DNA from: Caldisericia bacterium
GTDB taxonomy: Bacteria; Caldisericota; Caldisericia; JAAYUI01
Length of the DNA: 63,233 bases
Direction of reading: 5' to 3'
Assembly (NCBI GenBank): GCA_017992555.1
Contig: JAGOOK010000004.1
Span: 1 to 63,233 of the forward strand
Each line of letters begins with the position of its first letter. Position 1 is the first letter of the stretch. Made by a program: the position numbers and the translations under genes. Shown here piece by piece: positions 60,641-63,233 of this stretch. Under the pieces are notes generated by a model that saw only the letters and a list, made by a program, of their open reading frames with translations, searched no databases and was not told the DNA's origin.

Positions 60641-61588
60641 ATGAAGAGTGCCGACCTGTCGAAAGAACTTTTCGAGTCCGAGGGCAAGTCAATAATTGAA
60701 AAAATAGGCCTTGGTATATTGCAAAATATCAGCGTCGGATTAATAAACGGCGAACACATTTTTGATGATCCCAAACAAATTGCCAAGTTCCAGGTTTTCA
60801 TGTTTGAGCAGGATGAAAGCCTGCAAAATAAAATAAGTGACGCTTTAAACACAAAATTACCAAAAACATACAAGGGCAGGGATGTCCCGTTTTCAGATGA
60901 AAATGGTGTATGGGTATGGTTATGGCCTGATTTTACAGAATACATTCTGGGTCTCAGAAGGAGACCGATCGACCCAATCTCCTATGCCAAAGTTTCGGAG
61001 GCCCAATTTTATGCACTGCTTTCCGGCACGATCTTCTGGGACCCTAGCTATGAGCTCCAGAGAGCACAACTCCAGTGGGACCACATGCCGCAAGAAGTGT
61101 GGTACTGGAGACACCACTGGGTGCTCAAAAATCTCGAAAACAGAAAGCTCGTTCAGCTTGCAATCGAAGATGATGACAAACTGACTGCGAAAATGATGGT
61201 TTCAAGATATATTGAGTGGACGATAAGGTTGAGTTTTCTTGCCGCAAGGAAATACTCCCCCAGAAGATCCCTCCTGCTTGAAGCACACAGCCGGCTCCAG
61301 AAAACTGAAGAGATACACCAATTGATAACATCGGCAATCGAGAGTCACTCGGTTGAAGGAGCGCTTGAAAAAATAGAAAAGGCCATCATGGCAATAAGGC
61401 TGAAGATGATCGAGAAGAAATACTTGCCAGAAAATATTGGGCTTGACGAGAATGGGAATGCAGATTGTCTTGCCATGTCTGAATACTTCCTCTCGGCAAT
61501 GCCAGGCGACTTCAGGAAACAGGCCTCAAGGGTCTGCCCGGTTGACCTTCTGGGGTCGCTGGAACAGAGGGCAAAAAACACACCATAA
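60641..61588 (+). CDS. DUF4037-like protein
   Basis: LSGTIFWDPSYEL..A, MP.EVWY..., AARKYSPRRSLL segments resemble DUF4037; nucleotidyltransferase motif degenerate. Confidence 0.6.
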   Translation: MKSADLSKELFESEGKSIIEKIGLGILQNISVGLINGEHIFDDPKQIAKFQVFMFEQDESLQNKISDALNTKLPKTYKGRDVPFSDENGVWVWLWPDFTEYILGLRRRPIDPISYAKVSEAQFYALLSGTIFWDPSYELQRAQLQWDHMPQEVWYWRHHWVLKNLENRKLVQLAIEDDDKLTAKMMVSRYIEWTIRLSFLAARKYSPRRSLLLEAHSRLQKTEEIHQLITSAIESHSVEGALEKIEKAIMAIRLKMIEKKYLPENIGLDENGNADCLAMSEYFLSAMPGDFRKQASRVCPVDLLGSLEQRAKNTP

Positions 61589-61616
61589 ATAAATCAAAAT
61601 ATTGGGGAGGCGTCAA

Positions 61617-62822
61617 ATGAGGAGGTTTTTATCTTATCTTCTAGTGTTGTTCGTGGTCATAAGTTGCAGTTGCTCTCAACCCTTTGAACTTCAAACAAAA
61701 ACATACAACACAAAACCAATAAACGGAAAATATATTGGCAATATTGTAGATGATAATTCACAAAGCTCCTACAGCATAATTGCAGATGGTAATACACTAA
61801 AGATATGCGATAGGAAAACAAGATCTCTTGTCTTCTCGGAGTTAGAGCTTCCTGGAGCAGTCATATCAAGCTATCGTGTGGTATATGATTATTATGTGAT
61901 TTGTAAGTCTCAAAACAGCAACTTTTTGGTTTGTTTCTCCTCATACAATGATACCCTTCACAAGCTAGAATTGCGCAAAGAATTTGAGGTCAAAACACAA
62001 TCATCACAAATTATTGGTGTTTTATCAAATGATACTACCATCATTACACAATCAGAAGATAAAACTATCCTATATTACTACAAAAAGGGCAATCTGATAA
62101 AAAACATCAAATATCCCAGGCCTACAATCTGGTGGCTCTCTAATTATGATGGCTTTGTAAATATCGGTTTCGATGGACAGGATTTAATTTTCCAAACAGA
62201 TGGCAATCATGATAGCATTGTTGATGAAATCAGGGAGAAAATCAAAGAACCATCACCGATTGATAATGCTTTTTTCCAAATGACCAGATTCTACACTGAG
62301 TATATTGACTTGTATGATGGTAAGAATCTATGGAGAATCCAAACTCAATTAAATAGTTTAGATAATATGAATATTAGAGGTCCTCTTGAAATAGAGAACC
62401 TGGAAAAAGGTATCAATCTTTTTCTATACCCATACAAAAACGGCCTATGCATGGTAGAAATCAATAAAAAAGATTCCAGTAAACTTGTCTTAAGGCATGT
62501 TGATGATAGAAAGATGTATCCCATTACTGGATATTCTGGTAATTGGTGGCCTCCTGACCCTGGGGGTTACTATCTTTATGGGTATGAAGAAAACAACACT
62601 TGCAGGATAAAATGCTTTCATCTCTTCACAAAAGAAAATGGAAATAGCGACACTATAGATTTTAAAGAATGCGATGTCGAGCCTTTCCATGATTCTAGAG
62701 AGAACATTATAGATGGTGACTATTACAACCCGGATAATGACTATTCAAGCATCAGGGATGTTTCTTTTATCATTTTTGTTAAAGATGGCATTTACTACAT
62801 ACCCAATGCCACGAATTGGTAA
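61617..62822 (+). CDS. Hypothetical lipoprotein (ATG 61617 after GGAGG; ORF track 61602)
   Basis: MRRF + hydrophobic stretch + lipobox VISC; no family recognised; visibly AT-rich. Confidence 0.7.
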   Translation: MRRFLSYLLVLFVVISCSCSQPFELQTKTYNTKPINGKYIGNIVDDNSQSSYSIIADGNTLKICDRKTRSLVFSELELPGAVISSYRVVYDYYVICKSQNSNFLVCFSSYNDTLHKLELRKEFEVKTQSSQIIGVLSNDTTIITQSEDKTILYYYKKGNLIKNIKYPRPTIWWLSNYDGFVNIGFDGQDLIFQTDGNHDSIVDEIREKIKEPSPIDNAFFQMTRFYTEYIDLYDGKNLWRIQTQLNSLDNMNIRGPLEIENLEKGINLFLYPYKNGLCMVEINKKDSSKLVLRHVDDRKMYPITGYSGNWWPPDPGGYYLYGYEENNTCRIKCFHLFTKENGNSDTIDFKECDVEPFHDSRENIIDGDYYNPDNDYSSIRDVSFIIFVKDGIYYIPNATNW

Positions 62823-62895
62823 TCCAATGCTGAAATTTTAATTCTTGGTGCACAAAAAATATTTCCTGTAATTATTTTCGCAATTCCAAACTAAA

Positions 62896-62919
62896 ACCCC
62901 CTTGAAAAACCAAGGGGGT
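62896..62919. terminator. Probable terminator between convergent genes
   Basis: ACCCCCTTG-AAAAAC-CAAGGGGGT. Confidence 0.6.
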
Positions 62920-62943
62920 CACTATTTTTCGTCACTTTATCGC

Positions 62944-63233
62944 TTACTTGCAGAAACTTCCCTTGCACGACAAGGCATACAGCAATCCATAATAGTCCCT
63001 TGTTTTGCCTGGCTTGGGATCAAAACTGTTTCTGTGCACAAAATAGATCGTATGCGTCCCAGGGGTCAAGACTATTTGTAAATTGACAATCATCCCTCTC
63101 CTCTGTTTGTCTGCCCTGCCAATGTAGTAATACGACGTTTCTGGCTGGTTTGAATGAGGAGGATTGCTCAAGCCAAAGGTCGGTGACTGAAGCACAAGCT
63201 TGGTTGATTGCCCCGGATTGGGAATGCTGATGA
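62944..63233 (-). CDS. 3' end of a hypothetical protein truncated by the window edge
   Basis: Frame open from the window end (ISIPNPGQSTKLVLQSP...) to TAA at 62944-62946. Confidence 0.55.
   Translation of the reverse strand, partial: ISIPNPGQSTKLVLQSPTFGLSNPPHSNQPETSYYYIGRADKQRRGMIVNLQIVLTPGTHTIYFVHRNSFDPKPGKTRDYYGLLYALSCKGSFCK

Overview
Gene-dense bacterial chromosome segment, mostly housekeeping, with no CRISPR array, transposase, integrase or phage gene seen. Three exported proteins with copper-amine-oxidase N-terminal ('stalk') domains and the gene order suggest an anaerobe near Caldisericota (inference only). In order: HrcA/CIRCE-controlled groES-groEL; yitT-ftsE-ftsX-envC-like-ctpA-P-type ATPase-gmk-rpoZ-plsY-like; tlyA; mfd followed by a phosphatase-MazG fusion, a DUF6485-type Cys-rich protein and a methyltransferase-fold ORF split by one in-frame TAG; a long minus-strand run tRNAs-tig-clpP-clpX-lon-rimO-thpR-recA-recX-rny-ymdB; 8 tRNAs, 4 of them Arg including the rare UCG; rplU-arcE-like-argF; hypAB; a coupled DUF4388-membrane protein-tyrS-VWA/FHA-hutU run; a large FG-GAP/transglutaminase-like exoprotein; an orphan mcsA; acpS; several surface proteins. 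Best leads: (1) the mfd-linked DSP-MazG locus with a possibly read-through TAG followed by a hairpin; (2) a probable ATP-conserving arginine synthetase route; (3) a PlsY paralog with altered catalytic motifs; (4) the DUF4388/VWA-FHA operon; (5) an unusual Arg tRNA set. All family calls come from motif recognition; no database search was run.
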